Shown: positions 1 through 13,140 of the stretch, piece after piece | Numbering within the stretch: position 1 is the first letter of the stretch | Layout: every line of letters starts with the position of its first letter | Assembly (NCBI RefSeq): GCF_001194135.2 | Contig: NC_068986.1 | Span: 68,775,469 to 68,814,919, forward strand | DNA from: Octopus bimaculoides | Lineage: Eukaryota | DNA length: 39,451 nt | Reading direction: 5' to 3' | Notes under the pieces: model-generated | What the model saw: only the letters and a program-made list of their open reading frames with translations | Databases searched by the model: none | What the model was told of the DNA's origin: nothing | Program-made: the position numbers and the translations under genes

Positions 1-246
1 TATATATATATAGGGTTGGTAGAAAAAATCAAGATGAAGAGATCTCAGTATTTTTGAGGCATTGTTTTTACAGTTAGATGCTTTTACTGTTGTTAACCTT
101 TGCCTGTTTTTTCAAGTAAAGGGAGTATTCATTCCAATTATTTTCAAATGTGCAGAGCAGGCAGAAAATTTGTTGACAGAAAAATGTCAACCAGCATGCT
201 GTAGCTTAGTGCTTCAAAAGCAAAGTGCATTCTCACAGACCTGCAC

Positions 247-430
247 TCATACACACACACACACACATGAACACACACAAACATGTACACACATGCACAC
301 ATACACACACATGCACTCATACACACACAGCCATGCAGGCACACACACATGCACATACATACATACACACATGCATGCACACACACACATACATACATGT
401 ATGCATGCACATGCACTCACACACACACAC
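247..430. repeat. Degenerate (CA)n/(CATA)n microsatellite
   Basis: Directly visible CA-rich simple repeat; explains the His/Thr and Val/Cys ORFs at 62-459. Confidence 0.95.
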
Positions 431-540
431 ATGAATAGATGTAAAGTGTAATATGGCATTGATGAAGGACCCTTTCAAAAGATGCCTACTCAATCATACT
501 GCATCATTCAGCAGGTATGAGAAGCAGAACATCACTATAG

Positions 541-923
541 TTGTTGGCACTCCGTCGCTTACGGCGTCGAGGGTTCCAGTTGATCCGATCAACGGAACAG
601 CCTGCTCGTGAAATTAACGTGCAAGTGGCTGAGCACTCCACAGACACGTGTACCCTTAACGTAGTTCTCGGGGATATTCAGCGTGACACAGTGTGACAAG
701 GCTGACCCTTTGAATCACAGGCACAACAGAAACAGGAAGTAAGAGCGAGAGAAAGTTGTGGTGGAAGAGTACAGCAGGGTTCACCACCATCCCCTACTGG
801 AACCTCATGGAGCTTTAGGTGTTTTCGCTCAATAAACACTCACAATGCCCGGTCTGGGAATCGAAACCATGATCCTATGACCGCGAGTCCGCTGCCCTAA
901 CCACTGGGCCATTGCGCCTCCAC
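541..923 (-). mobile_element. Full-length tRNA-derived SINE, family A (AAC tail)
   Basis: Minus strand reads GTGGAGGCGCAATGGCCCAGTGG (A box) ... GGTTTCGATTCCC (B box) ... GACGGAGTGCCAACAA. Flanked by a perfect 10-bp target-site duplication ATCACTATAG (531-540, 924-933). Highly similar copy at 17643-18019. Confidence 0.92.
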
Positions 924-1626
924 ATCACTATAGTACCCAAGAACATTTGGTGGTTGAAAAGAAGGCCTGAAATTTCTGATATGAAAGTTTTCCAGAAAAG
1001 ATCTCCAAAACTGTTGTCACTGATGCCCAGAATTGCCTCTGGACCACTTATGTTCCTACATTCCACTGTCATCACATCACCATCATCATCATTTCATGTT
1101 CTTTCTCTATGAACAATTTGACAAGCACTGGCAAGCCAGGGGGCTATTTTTTTGGCATTGTTTCTATGACTTGATGCCCTGTGAGAATTTTTTTGCTGCC
1201 AATGATGTTGTCCAGATTATATAGTGCTGTGGATAACTGGCAAAATACCAGATACTCAACCTTAGTCTATGCTTGATCCATATCTGCTGTTCAATCAAAG
1301 AGACGTGCAACAGAAAGACATGCTGCACAAAATGTCTTACACCTGTTCACTCTCCATTTCATCATTTTCATTGCTGTCACAATGGTTAAGATGTTCCTAC
1401 AGATACATTGCTGGTCAGTGCATGACCAGCAATGGCATCCTGATAACCATAGAGTAGTGTTGGCAGCAGATGGATTTCCTGATGAGTGGAACCTATTACT
1501 TTCATAAGAAACAAGAAAGTATGCACTCTAGCCTCATTAGATGTGTCTTGGGACAAGGTACAACAGTCAGGTGGTATTACACTATTGAAGCAATGTAGGC
1601 ATTAACCACTTCTTCCCAAATTTCGA

Positions 1627-1853
1627 CCCTTTAGCATTTAAACTGGCCATATCCAGTCCAAACCTTGTACCTCTTTTATGCTCAAATCAGCCGGATCCAG
1701 CCTCTCACATCTACCCTAAAAATAAACAGTTATTCTAAAAATAAGCAGTTACATCATAGAAATCTCAAAGCTACAAAGTAAACTGTGATTAATTCAAAGC
1801 AATGAGTATAAATAAGCATTACATTTAACAAGAGGAATCTGAATACTGAAGGA
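1627..1853 (-). mobile_element. piggyBac-type MITE, copy 1 (decayed)
   Basis: Begins CCCTTTAGCATTTAAA and is the reverse complement of the elements at 8355-8575 and 19544-19764; TTAA flanks are eroded. Confidence 0.75.
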
Positions 1854-3679
1854 CAACGTCCTCTCTGCCTCTCCACTCTAATAACATACTTCAATAATAA
1901 CAACAATATTTAGGACAAACTTTGTTAGTAAGATAATTATTTTCTAATCTTATTATTATTAGAGTCAACTGGTATTGATGTCAAGTATCAAGACAAAGAT
2001 TAAGAGCCAGTGTGAATCCAAAACAAAATCTTCACACTGAATTCAAACACAGCAGCCAGAGTAGTTGTTTCATAATGCTCAACTAATATGTGTTATCAGC
2101 CATTCTGATTAACATTGAGCTAATTCTAGTTTTGTTAACATATCAGATATGTATGAGATGCTTCTTATTATTGATCATGCACTTCACCTATGAGCCAAAT
2201 GCTTGGTGTACATCCAGAAAAAATATCAGAATAAAAATGTATGCTTGAATTTTTTTAAATATAAAAGAATAGTAAAAATAAAAGTATATTAAACCAGGTA
2301 AATAAGCTACAGTATAGATTTTGTGCAAAATCAATCCAAATTTCCTGGTGATATATTGCATCATTTCTTGAATTTTCTCATCGATTCTTTGAAAGGCATT
2401 TTCTGTAAAATCTTATGCCACATAAACATCGTAAACTATTGGGAAAAACTCATTTTTGAAATAAAATGTGTCAGCTGTCCCCAGCAGAAATTTTCTTTGG
2501 AGTTAAATACAATATATTTTATGAATCTTGGCAATGTTGAACTTTCATGCTACAGTAAAGTTAATTAGTTAAAAATAAAGATATTTCCTTTGAAACCATA
2601 TTTAATAAAGAAATAATATTGCAATACAACTGCATAACAATGCAAGAAAGAAACTCTATTTTATTTATTGTTTGAATACAAATTTATTTTATTGCTGATT
2701 TCCCTGTTTTGAATCAAACTTTTTACAATGCAATTAGCATTATAAATGAGAGGAAAAAGAATAGTAAGGGTAACACAAGTAAAATATTGATTTTATTTTG
2801 GAAGGAGAATGAGTATAACTGATCTTTTTAGTGTTCAGATTATTAACTGAGTTCAATGAGTTATAGGGGCATCACAAAATACTTTATCTTTATGTGGTGT
2901 ATCAAAAGCTAGTAAGTCTATCATAAATCATTCTTCTCCAAGTTAACTTCATATAAGTAATCAAACTCAGCACTACAACTTAACACAATATTTGTCAATT
3001 TTACCGTACATTTACTACTTACAGGAGTAGAAGCTTTAAAACAATGCTGAATCTATTTACAGCTTGATGAACTGACTTGTTGAGTGTTTATATTACAGAT
3101 ATATTATCTGCTAATCAAATTACAGCAAACACAGATCCTTTGGATTAGTGTATTGATACTTCAGAACTCTGGTATTTTTTATTGTCTATGGAAGAATAAA
3201 AAACTTATCTGATCATATCACCTTTACTCAGAGTCAGAGCAAGTGAGATTAGAAAAACAGATTAGTAGTTGAATATGAAATTAACTAGAAAGTAGTTTGG
3301 TGGTTTGTATTCATCACACAAATGATTAAAAAGCAATGAATTTGCATTGAGATCAACTCAGTTTGGTCACTTCAATCCCTACCTTCTCTTTTATATACCA
3401 CATGTCTACTGTATCACCTCAACTCCTAAATCAATGATATATACAATACTTTTCACCAGTTCAAAGATTTGACCTATTTTAAAAGTTTGTCAACATGTCT
3501 ACATTTTCATCTTTTTACTTTATATCATGCATTTATGAATGAAGAAAGTATTGTTGGTTATAGGTTTTCTATGGCCCAATCACTAAGTTACTGTATTTTT
3601 AATGGTGAAAATGACAAGAGAGTATCTGTGCAACTTGGGTAGAATAAAAACTACAAGGTATTTTTTGTTCCATGCTGGA

Positions 3680-3775
3680 AAGGATCTTCAGATGTTGGGC
3701 CTTACAGAGGAGATTACAAGGGACCAAAACTTTTGGTGGCTTGCCATGCTTGAGAAGGTACATCATGCTAAGTAA
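3680..3775 (+). mobile_element. RTE-clade LINE 3' coding remnant
   Basis: Translates KDLQMLGLTEEITRDQNFWWLAMLEKVHHAK*, resembling the RTE ORF C-terminus (DL..LGL....A.DR..WR). Confidence 0.6.
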
Positions 3776-3867
3776 AACTGTGACTGTCCATACATACAGT
3801 TATGTCCTCTGTGTCCCTCTTTCAGCTGAGAGGTCCTTCCTTTGAGGGCTCATGGGTGTTGATGTCA

Positions 3868-3990
3868 CCTAAAAAGTACTTGTGCTGGTGTCATGTAAAA
3901 ACACCCATGCCAGTGTCACATGAAAGTGTCTGTGCTGGTACAACATAAAAGCACCCATGCCGGTGCCACATAAAAGCACTTGTGCTAGTG
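3868..3990. repeat. Degenerate ~21-bp tandem repeat (GGTGCCACATAAAAGCAC-like)
   Basis: About 5-6 diverged units visible; probably an internal array of a SINE. Confidence 0.7.
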
Positions 3991-4024
3991 TTATGTATAT
4001 GTTTCCTTCTCAAGCCATTCCAGG

Positions 4025-4240
4025 TTCATAAGGGCCAGTTTCAGTGGTGTATATATTCCCCACCTGGATGAGATGCCAATCTGTCACAGGATTACTCACT
4101 TTTGCCAGCTGAGTGAACTGGAGCAACATAAAATGAAGTGTTTTACTCAAGAACACAATGCGTTGCTGGGTCCAGGAATTGAAACCACAATCTTATGATC
4201 ATGAATCCAACACCCTAACCACTAAGCCATGCACCTCCAC
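4025..4240 (-). mobile_element. tRNA-derived SINE, family D (5' part)
   Basis: Minus strand GTGGAGGTGCATGGCTTAGTGGTTAGGG...GGTTTCAATTCC (A/B boxes) then CTTGAGTAAAACAC...CCAGTTCACTCAGCTG; same head and core as 35571-35890. Confidence 0.8.
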
Positions 4241-4276
4241 AGTGTCATATATAAAGTACCTATTACATTCTATGAA

Positions 4277-4432
4277 GTGGTTGGCGTTAGGAAGAGCATC
4301 CAGCTGCAGAAACCATGCCAAAACAGACAATTGGAAACTGGGCAGCTCCCCAGCTGTCCAGCTCTTGTCAAACCATCCAACTCATGCCAGCATGGAAAGC
4401 AGACATTAAATGATGGTAATGATGATGATGAT
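4277..4432 (+). mobile_element. SINE/LINE 3' tail, family E, ending in (GAT)n
   Basis: GGTTGGCGTTAGGAAGAGCATCCAGC...CATGCCAGCATGGAAAGCAGACATTAAATGATG; reverse-complement relative at 19208-19381. Confidence 0.75.
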
Positions 4433-4994
4433 TATGCTGTACTGATATTTTGCTGATTCATCATTAATACCAGTGCATATAACATTTATGACATGTACAC
4501 AAACATGGCTTCATTTAGAATGCTGGTGGATTGCTTGACATGGGGTTTTGACCTGATGGGGTCTCTTCCATGACAATTACTCAGGATGTTCTGAGCTAAG
4601 CCACAAATGCTTGTTTAGATATAGAAATCAGTGAGCAAAAAAATTTACTGATTTGAGTGAAGGCTAACCAGGCAAGAATCAAATTAACATACAAACTTGA
4701 AACAACCTTAGATTGAAATACCTGTGTGTATAACACTTATAATGTAGAGTGGCACTAGCTGTTATATTTTGTCTCAGAGAAACAATGCTGGCAATTCACT
4801 AGACATAGTGCTTTGACTGTTTTTGGTTTCCTCAGTAACAAATACCCTGGATATCCTGAGTTAAGTCAAAAATGCTTGTTTAGATATAGAAATTGGTAAA
4901 CAAAAAAATTTACTGGTTTGTGTGAAAGCTAACCAGGCTAGAATTAAATTAATGCTTTCCAAATCAGTTTGAAATGCTGTGTCTGGTGACTCAC

Positions 4995-5051
4995 CAGTGT
5001 TTTGAGTGAAGCTCTGTGTTTTTAATGCAGAAGTGTCTCTGAGAAGTTTCT
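4995..5051 (-). CDS. Candidate 57-nt internal exon of an unidentified gene
   Basis: ttatttgtcag|AGAAACTT...AACACTG|gtgagt; open as (E)KLLRDTSALKTQSFTQNT or ETSQRHFCIKNTELHSKH. No homology recognised. Confidence 0.3.
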
Positions 5052-6788
5052 CTGACAAATAACATATGAGGAGACACAATTAGCTGGATTAATAGGATGC
5101 TAGGTCACTGGTTTGTATTATGTGACCACTCTTATTTTATCGTGATTTTGGCTTGAGGAGGGTCTTTGCAAGCTCTCTGAATATATTGAAATCATATGGG
5201 TTTATGTTCATCCCAAAGTCAACTTCTGCAGGAAAAATGTGATTGGAGAAGGAATACCAGAGGACTGATACCTAGCCTTCTGGTTGTGTCTTTATTGTGT
5301 AATAGATAATAATAACTCTACCAGAAGCTTCCTTTTTCTATACCTTAGCTAGGGTGAATCAAGCTGGTAGTCTACTCCTTTCTAAACTATAACCAGAAGC
5401 AAAACTCAATACTGTAAAACTAAACACTCATCAATTTTACTATGTTCTTGCTACTTACTATAATTATTTCTAGTATACTGTCACTACATAGTAAAGTGGC
5501 ATTTAAGAATTTAATTGTTTTATTAATGTAAACTATAAATCTGATAGACTGGAAAATACCCATCCATCAACATGCAGACATACTGTCTTCTCATCAATAT
5601 TACAATGAACTCTGTTCCTTAAACAGTTAATAGAAATAGTTGCTGGATCTCCCTCATATCGCATCCTACAGTCATAATTAAAGAAAGTTGATACATTCAA
5701 TGTATCACTCCTTGATATAAAAAAAAAACTATGATAGTCTTGATAGGAATACTTTTGATCATAAATTTGCTTACTAAGGTTGGCATGAGACTAAAGAACA
5801 ACAGCAATCATAAGAAAAACATTTGTTACAAGTAGAAGCATAGCATAAGGGATCAATAGGACATAGTGATTTATTGTTACTATGGCTGTTAATTAAGGTG
5901 AGAGCACCAAAAATATCTTTACCTCTGGGTCCTGAGAATCATCAGTATGCTCTTGGTTACAGCATACAAATTACTGGCCTTCATAGCTTGGTTTACTCTC
6001 AAACCACCAAATAATAGCTGCTAAATGGTATATGTAGCTAATAATTCTGGGTGTTTCCAATACCTATAGACATAAAATGGTTAATATAATTTCTGTATAA
6101 TTCTGTATGAATCAATGTTGCAACTAAAGTGAAATGTAAAATTGTGAAATGTTCTGCTTCAGATAGCAATAGATTTATGAAACCAGAGACAAAGGAATCC
6201 TTATTTCAATGTTTGTAAAAGCCAGCTATCCAGCCAGCCAGCCAACCAACCGGCTAGGGAACAGCAAGGTAACAGCTGCAGGCAAATTAAATTTTACATG
6301 TTAAACATCAACTCTTCCTGTCATGATATAGAAGCTGTTGGGAAGTTCATCACAGTCACTGATTCCTGATTGTCTTTCTCTAAAACTACATTTGTAGTTT
6401 TCTGTATTGCAACTTGGAGAAGTTCCTTTACATTTTCTCTATGTTGTACACTATTTATTAGTTATGGCATCATGCTCGTAAGCAAGGTACACAGTTCTGA
6501 CTGGATAACAAGTAACATTCCAATTTCACAGTTGAGTGGTTTTAGCTGTAGAAAGCACATTCAGCTGTTAAAATACACCAACAAAGGTATTTTAAAAGTG
6601 GATATATGCAAATTTCCTTTTCCTTGATAAGTTTTTCTTGCAATATCATGAAGTCCAAAGCTAATAATGCATTACATCATAAAACATATGAAATAATACA
6701 TTATGTGCATATAAACATACTTAATCTGGCTTTGAAGATTTTGAAAATCAATCCATTAAAGCTATTAAAAAAAAATTCTTTAATACAT

Positions 6789-7098
6789 GCATGGCTGTGT
6801 GATAAGAAGCTTGCTTCTCAACTACATGATTCTGGGTTCAGTCCCACTGCATGGCACCTTGGGCAAGTGTTTTCCACTATGGCCTTGGGCCAACCAAAGC
6901 TTTGTGAGTGGATTTAGAAGACAGAAACTGAAAGAAGCCTGTTGTGTGTGTGTGTGTGTGTGAGATCAATAGAATAAGTAGAGTTAAAAAAAAAAAGTCC
7001 TGGGGGCAATTTGTTCAACTAAAAAACCCTTCAAGGCAGTGTCCCAGTCTGGTTGCAGTCTAATGACTGAAACCAGTAAAAGATAGAAAACAAAAGAT
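6789..7098 (+). mobile_element. tRNA-derived SINE, family C (central TG microsatellite)
   Basis: GCATGGCTGTGTGATAAGAAGCTTGC...GGGTTCAGTCCC head, (TG)n centre, TAATGACTGAAAC...AAAAGA tail; homologous to 14221-14630. Confidence 0.85.
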
Positions 7099-7543
7099 AT
7101 GCAACATAACTAAATAAAACAAAAGTACCAATGGTCGCACAACAAAGAGTGGGGAACCTCTTGCTGGTGGGCAAAATCCTACTCACCAAAACTCATATGG
7201 AAAAAAAATTAGTCTAAGCCAAAACAATAATTTAATGTAAGTTACATATCTAAGAAATTATGTTCTTATACACCTTCAATTTGTCTTTGGTATGAAAAAG
7301 ATTTTCTAACTCTGGTTTAAATTGAATGACTGTTTTATTTTTTTATTTTCTGTTTTTTAAATATAGATATAAACATGAATACAGAATAACTTCAATTATG
7401 AAAGGCAATTTGTAGTATTTCTCATTGATTGCTATTTTATTTATTTCAGTGAGGTAAAAAGTTAAAGTTGACTAGAATTTATAACAGAATGGAAGGTTTA
7501 TGATACCTGTGGAGTATCTCCTTCTCCCATTATAATTTGTTTT

Positions 7544-7926
7544 TGTAGTTCCAAGGATCTGGAACATGAAGAAGTTCACAAGCAGAGTACAATTCAATAA
7601 CTGTTTATTTACAGAGTTCTCGTTCATGTGATTCGCTCTCAGTGACCATCTTTATAGCAACGGGTTTGTCTTAACTCCATACATGTAAGGTTCATTACTT
7701 CTGGAGATAAGCATGTGGAGTCAGAGCAGGACAAGAGTCTGCTGTGAGCTGTTGGCTATGCAGTGTTTCTCAGTGTAAGTGTGAGAAGAAATGAGAGAGT
7801 AAATGCTGTTGTTTCTTGCTGTTGTCTCGCACATTGCAGGTGAGATCTTGTTCTTGTCTCGCACATAGCATTGGCTACTGGCGAGATCTCGTTCAAAGTG
7901 GTGCTGGCTTCTTGTGCCTCGCTACA
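7544..7926 (-). mobile_element. Probable solo LTR
   Basis: Ends TGTAG...CTACA; minus strand has TATAAA followed by AATAAA before the 3' end; internal TGTCTCGCACAT duplication. No clean target-site duplication seen. Confidence 0.5.
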
Positions 7927-8354
7927 AATTAAACTGGAAATTAAAAGTGGTAGAACAAAATATTGCAGTATATTTAACTCAGCAATGTTCTCATCTTGAG
8001 CATCTCTACTTAGTTTATCATTATTATCTGGCATTGGCACAAGCTAACAAATAGACAGAGAAGAGGTTATATAAGTTGACTGAATCAATTCCAGTTCATG
8101 CCTTGTACTTATTTTATTGACACCCCAGAATTTAAATCATAGAGAGGTGAAATTAAAAATTGCAAGAGATGGGTATGTTCCAACAACTGTTGTCGAACCT
8201 TCAGTATTGAAGGATTCAGATAAATAGATAAGGTTGATACGCTTGACACTAACTTTGAGAATGAAGGGTAAATGTGCTTAGTGTAGGGTAAGTCATGTGA
8301 AATATCAGTTGGAGTGTTGAGACTAGGAGTGATAAAAGCATTGAGAACATTTAA

Positions 8355-8575
8355 TCCTTTAGCATTCAGATTCCTTTTATCAAATGTATTGCTTATTTAT
8401 TCACATTCTTTTGAATTAATCACGCATTATCTTGTAGCTTTGAAATTTCGATGGAGTGTTTGTATATTTTAAGAATGACATTGTAGGATAGGTGTGAGAG
8501 ATTGGATTTGGTCAGTTTGAACATAAAACAGGTAGAATATTTGGTACAGTTATGGCTGGATTAAATGCTAAAGGG
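8355..8575 (+). mobile_element. piggyBac-type MITE, copy 2 (221 bp)
   Basis: TTAA(8351-8354)-TCCTTTAGCATT...AATGCTAAAGGG-TTAA(8576-8579): TTAA target duplication and CCC/GGG-type terminal inverted repeats are diagnostic of piggyBac. Confidence 0.85.
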
Positions 8576-10613
8576 TTAAAGAAGAGGGATGTAAGATGTT
8601 AGTGGGATCCAAGGGAGGCTGAGGTACTAAAAGCAGTGTGTAAGGATGAGGAATATTCAGCTTGGCAATGGGTCTGATGGGTGTATGTTTACCTATCAAG
8701 TAGAAATGTTTACTTGGATGGGTATGTGTACGCATGTATTTGTGTATATATATGGTAAGTATACTGTAGTAGGTGCATAGTCAAAACTAAAGTGTAGAAA
8801 TATATTTGGACTTTGTTAAAATTTAACCTTTTTGATATCAATCTACTTGAAACTGCTTCTGGTTCTATGATACAAACTCCTTGTTTAAATATTCAAGATC
8901 AAAATTTTCTACCAACAATTCATGTTCATCTATGTCCAAAAACACTGACTTAATACAGACATGGTTATTTTTTCCAAATTCTTCATTATTTTCAAAGTAA
9001 ATTGAAACAACAGCAATATACTTCAATAGAAATATTATAATAAAAGAGTCAAGATTTAAGGCTGAACGGTTTATGGCTAAACTCAGCTTTTGTTATGCAA
9101 ATGAAGCGAAGAACATAGTGATGGTGGTTTTAATCAACAATGAATTGAATGCAGCATTTCATATTTATGTACTTTTGTTATAACTGGATTAGATTATTCA
9201 GAATGACAATTCCTTCAGTTTCTGAAAGTGATAAAAATCTGAAAGAAGTTGTAGTGTTAAGTCTACAAGAATGCAAATGAGAGAGCCTCCTTGTGGTTGC
9301 TCAACATTCTTGAAGTAGCAACAAAATCTCTCTCAGACCTTACTCTCTGAACTTTAAAAGACAGACATTCACAACTGTTGCCTGATATACAATAAGTCTG
9401 ATGGAAAAACAGTTGTTTTGAATATCTTTGATTATGGACACACTTAGGCTGAACATCAATAACAACTATAGGAAAAAATGTGTTGCAGTGAAAGTTTTCA
9501 ATTGAGGTCAACAGATTATATATTTTCAAAGATTTTAAAAGGCTTGATTTATTTTGATCTAATATAAAGCTTAATATTATAGCTAATATTCCTCATTTAA
9601 AACTTAATATTTTTCAAATTACAATTATGGGATTTTTTCCTTTTCATTCAAATAATTTTCTCATTTAGTCATATGTTTTTTTAGCCATGTTACATAGAAG
9701 ACAAATTTCTCATTTAGCTACATTAATTTTATATTTTAGGGGTGGTGTACATATTTTTCTTGTGTTCAATGCTGTAAAAATTATTAGCAGTGATGAATAA
9801 AAAAAAAGTCATTGATTCTATATTTAAAAAAACACCTCTAAAAATCTACGAAGTTAATGTATGTCAAAATAGAAGCCAATTAAATGCTGATTCATTTCCT
9901 TGAAGGGAGTAATTGCAGGAGTTGTTGAGGAAAGCTATGAGAATATAAATCATGGCAAAATGTTTACAAGTAAAAGGTGGGGGAAAAAAGAAAAATTTAT
10001 ATCAGCAAGAAACAAATTTTTCTTCTAATGTTCCAATGTTTTGGAAAAAATTCTTTGATTAATTTCTTTGTAAATGTAATTTCCTTTGTTCCATATTGAA
10101 ATCATTCTGATGATTCATATATTCATAAGGATTCTCAGCAACAACCATTTTCTCATAACATGTAATTTTTTTTTAATTATGAGAGGAGGGTAAAGTGATT
10201 TACTGTAGGGTTTCAATATTTCCATTACAGATAGAATTTAAAGTATCAACTTCAATCACAGCTTGCTTACATTTGCAATTACACACATATACATATGCTT
10301 CCATGCCTAATGTGCATTTATACATTTCATATACATATATGTATATATGAGAAAGTGCATTTAAAGGTTGCACATACTTCCACTATCACCAGAAACTGGC
10401 TGCTGCCTTATGACTTCCCTACCCACATCTGCCCCACCCTCCACCTTGTTTGCTGGTGTTTTATGGGATTGAAGGGAGGTTGTGGATACGTGAGGAGCAT
10501 AAGCATATATACGTATACCTCCTTTCAGATATGTGCAAGGATACACTGCTTCCTGGCAAGTACTCCAAAATGTACTCTTCTTCTTTACAGATGTTGAACA
10601 CAATTCTGTGCAT

Positions 10614-10647
<34 letters not shown>

Positions 10648-10721
10648 CGAATTGCTATGATACAGGGAAGTAAACAAACTGACAGCAATTGTCAAGCGGT
10701 GGTGGGGACAAACACAAACAC

Positions 10722-10753
<32 letters not shown>

Positions 10754-11248
10754 TCTAATATATAAATGGCAATTTCTATTTGTCTGTTACCATCTTCACA
10801 AAACTTTGCATACATGTTGCACCAACATCCAGTTCAATAATAGGCTAATTGGATTTCAATAAAAATCTATAATGTGTCCCCCAGGGGCGTTGGGCGAATT
10901 ATATGAGAAAATGAAGAAGTTGCAAAAAGTATGTCTGAAGGAAAGTTAGTAGCAGAGAGAGGGTGATTTATATCAATGAAGGTGAGAACAGCAGTAGCAA
11001 TGGGGGTAATAACATTAATACAGCTGTCATATACATGCGACGCTGCAAACATATTTTCATAAATACATAGATACAATACACACACACACACACAGCAAGG
11101 TGGGTGCGAGGAATACATAGCGTTAAGGAGGAGGCAGGTAGCTTTTCTGTTGTCCATCACAAAGAAACACTCATACACACTCACACACACACCACACACA
11201 CAAATACATATATATACATATGTGCCTACATATATACATACATACATG

Positions 11249-11843
11249 TCTACTATACACGATTTTAAACTCGTGATTACTTGTGTGTACATTTGTAAAT
11301 ATGTGTGTGTCACGTCCTATAACTGTTTGTTTCTCTACTTTCCCTGTTGCTGTCACATATTGTGACATTTTAAAATTACATCAAAATTTTCAAATTTGGT
11401 ATATTGAAATAATTTTCCACGTCAAATCTGATTTTGTAATTTGTTCGAGAAAAATGTTGCTGAGGTTTAAAGTTTAATCAGTTTTACCTCATTGGAAGCT
11501 GGCATTTTCTGCATGATAGCTGTCTATCATGAAATGAAAGTAAAATCATAAGGAGGAGGAATTTTTATTAAACAAACGAAAGCAAAGCATTACGATGACC
11601 AAAGTTGTAAGAACTTCTGAAGATTTAAGGAATAAAGTCAGGTGAAATGGTCGAACAGACATGTAAATAATTTAAAAAGGAAAAAAATCCTCAACAAAGT
11701 TTTTTGACGAAAAATTGCACAAATCTGTCCTGATCAAGAGGCCTATCTGCTGGGGAAGAAATGCTCTGACATGGAATAAATAAAAATTTATATAAGACAA
11801 TCTATTGTAAACATTGCTAGGCAACGACGGGCTACTCAGCTAC
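11249..11843 (+). mobile_element. Decayed non-autonomous Helitron
   Basis: 5' TCTACTATAC; 3' GCTAGGCAACGACGGGCTACTCAGCTAC|T matches the hairpin+CTAG terminus of the element ending at 32781. Confidence 0.55.
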
Positions 11844-11889
11844 TGTGTGTGTGTGTGTGTGTATGTAATCTTCTTCTTCTTCTTCTTAA

Positions 11890-12140
11890 CCAAGAATTCA
11901 CAAAGACCTCGAACCCACAAGAGTTAACAAGAGAAACAGAGACAGACAGAAATAAGGAAAATGCCCCTGGTATTTGAATACTATGCAAATATGTTTTTAA
12001 AAAGTCTTTTCAAAATTTAATTTTTCCAAAATTTGTTATCCATATTTACAGTTGAAAAGACCTCAAGGATCGAAACCGGTACTGAAATGTTTTTTATAAA
12101 AGAATTTTAGCATTTTCTACCTTGACTTTTTTTTCCATAT
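11890..12140 (+). mobile_element. Possible Penelope-like terminal-repeat fragment
   Basis: TTGAAAAGACCTCAAGGATCGAAACCGG...ATAAAAG resembles the 'TGAAGA...CGAAAC' motif of Penelope termini; no ORF recovered. Confidence 0.35.
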
Positions 12141-12146
12141 ATATAT

Positions 12147-12271
12147 NNNNNNNNNNNNNNNNNNNNNNNNNNNNNNNNNNNNNNNNNNNNNNNNNNNNNN
12201 NNNNNNNNNNNNNNNNNNNNNNNNNNNNNNNNNNNNNNNNNNNNNNNNNNNNNNNNNNNNNNNNNNNNNNN
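12147..12271. other. Assembly gap
   Basis: N-run; other gaps at 15531-15742, 25689-26345, 31411-31420, 32061-32070, 33843-34136, 36139-37029, mostly abutting microsatellites. Confidence 1.
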
Positions 12272-12428
12272 AAGTGACAAACTTTTTCAGTTTCTGGTTA
12301 CCAAATCTACTCACAAAGCTTTGATTGGCGCGTAGTTATAGCAGAATACACTTGTTCAAGGTTCTGTGCAGTGGGATTTGACCATGTGCTGGGGAAGCAA
12401 GCTTCTTAACCACACAGCCACGCCTATG
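12272..12428 (-). mobile_element. SINE family C, 5' half
   Basis: Reverse complement of the family C head (GGCGTGGCTGTGTGGTTAAGAAGCTTGCTTCCC); cut by the gap. Confidence 0.8.
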
Positions 12429-12789
12429 CTTCTGACCGTATATACATTGAAAAACAACTGATTTTAGTTTAGTAAAATATTGAAGGCGCGTACAAAAAAG
12501 TGAGTACAGAAAATAAACTTATATTTATATAAAATGTACAGTTAAAAAGTGAGTATAACGAAAAGGAGAAGAAAAGAATATCCAACATAAAGGCAAAGGA
12601 AAATATAACATAAATTAGAAAAAATATTGGTAGGTGTGCTAGGAAGCGAAACTGTATAAAGGGAAATAACTCGAAATTATAAAATGAAAATGTTCAGTTT
12701 TTCAGTTGTTCATAATTTCACAATAGTTTACACACACACACGTGCTCGCACACACACACACACACACACATGGCTCTTTACGTCTTGAC

Positions 12790-13140
12790 AGACTGTCTTC
12801 GCAGCGGAGAACGTCTTAAGTAGGCACTCGTAGTCTTCTTACTGCAGCTTTTCTCATGGCTGATCCTTCCTAAGTTCAATGATGGTCTGTCCCCAGCTGA
12901 CTTTTCCCAAATCGTTGCATTGATGTAACACTTGGTCAGGCTGCTCTTACACGTGTCCTCGAATCTCAGCTTTAGTCGTCACCTGGATCTGCTATCCTTA
13001 ACCAACTCCTCATATAACAACTGCTTGGGAATTCTGTTGTCATTCATTTGCTTCACATATCCAAGCCATCTTAGTTTCCTTTTGTATAGAATAGTTATTA
13101 TGCTCAGAATTGCTGCTTATTTCAAGAATTCTGTGTTGAA
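12790..13140 (-). mobile_element. RTE/BovB-like LINE C-terminal fragment (pseudogenised)
   Basis: Translates RKLRWLGYVKQMNDNRIPKQLLYEELVKDSRSR*RLKLRFEDTCKSSLTKCYINATIWEKSAGDRP, matching the RTE motif RRLRWLGHV.RM...RIPKQLLYGEL..G.R..GRPKLRFKD. Confidence 0.88.

Noticed and set aside
62-459. ORFs of 69-129 aa rich in H/T or C/V
   Set aside because: Translations of CA/TG microsatellite; the same applies to ORFs at 10867-11368, 24000-24313, 30876-31523 and 34549-34809.
860-923. tRNA genes at SINE heads (also 4170-4240, 17643-17705, 35575-35645)
   Set aside because: A/B boxes are present, but they continue into SINE bodies and lack a complete acceptor stem and oligo-T terminator.
2323-2568. 81-aa plus ORF, and minus frame ENAFQRIDEKIQEMMQYITRKF from 2402
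   Set aside because: No convincing donor for the minus frame and no homology for either; within chance expectation.
3868-3990. CRISPR-like repeat array
   Set aside because: Contiguous degenerate tandem units without unique spacers, in a eukaryotic SINE context.
7756-8040. 94-aa minus ORF as a gene
   Set aside because: More than half lies within the solo-LTR-like element; no donor or recognisable domain.
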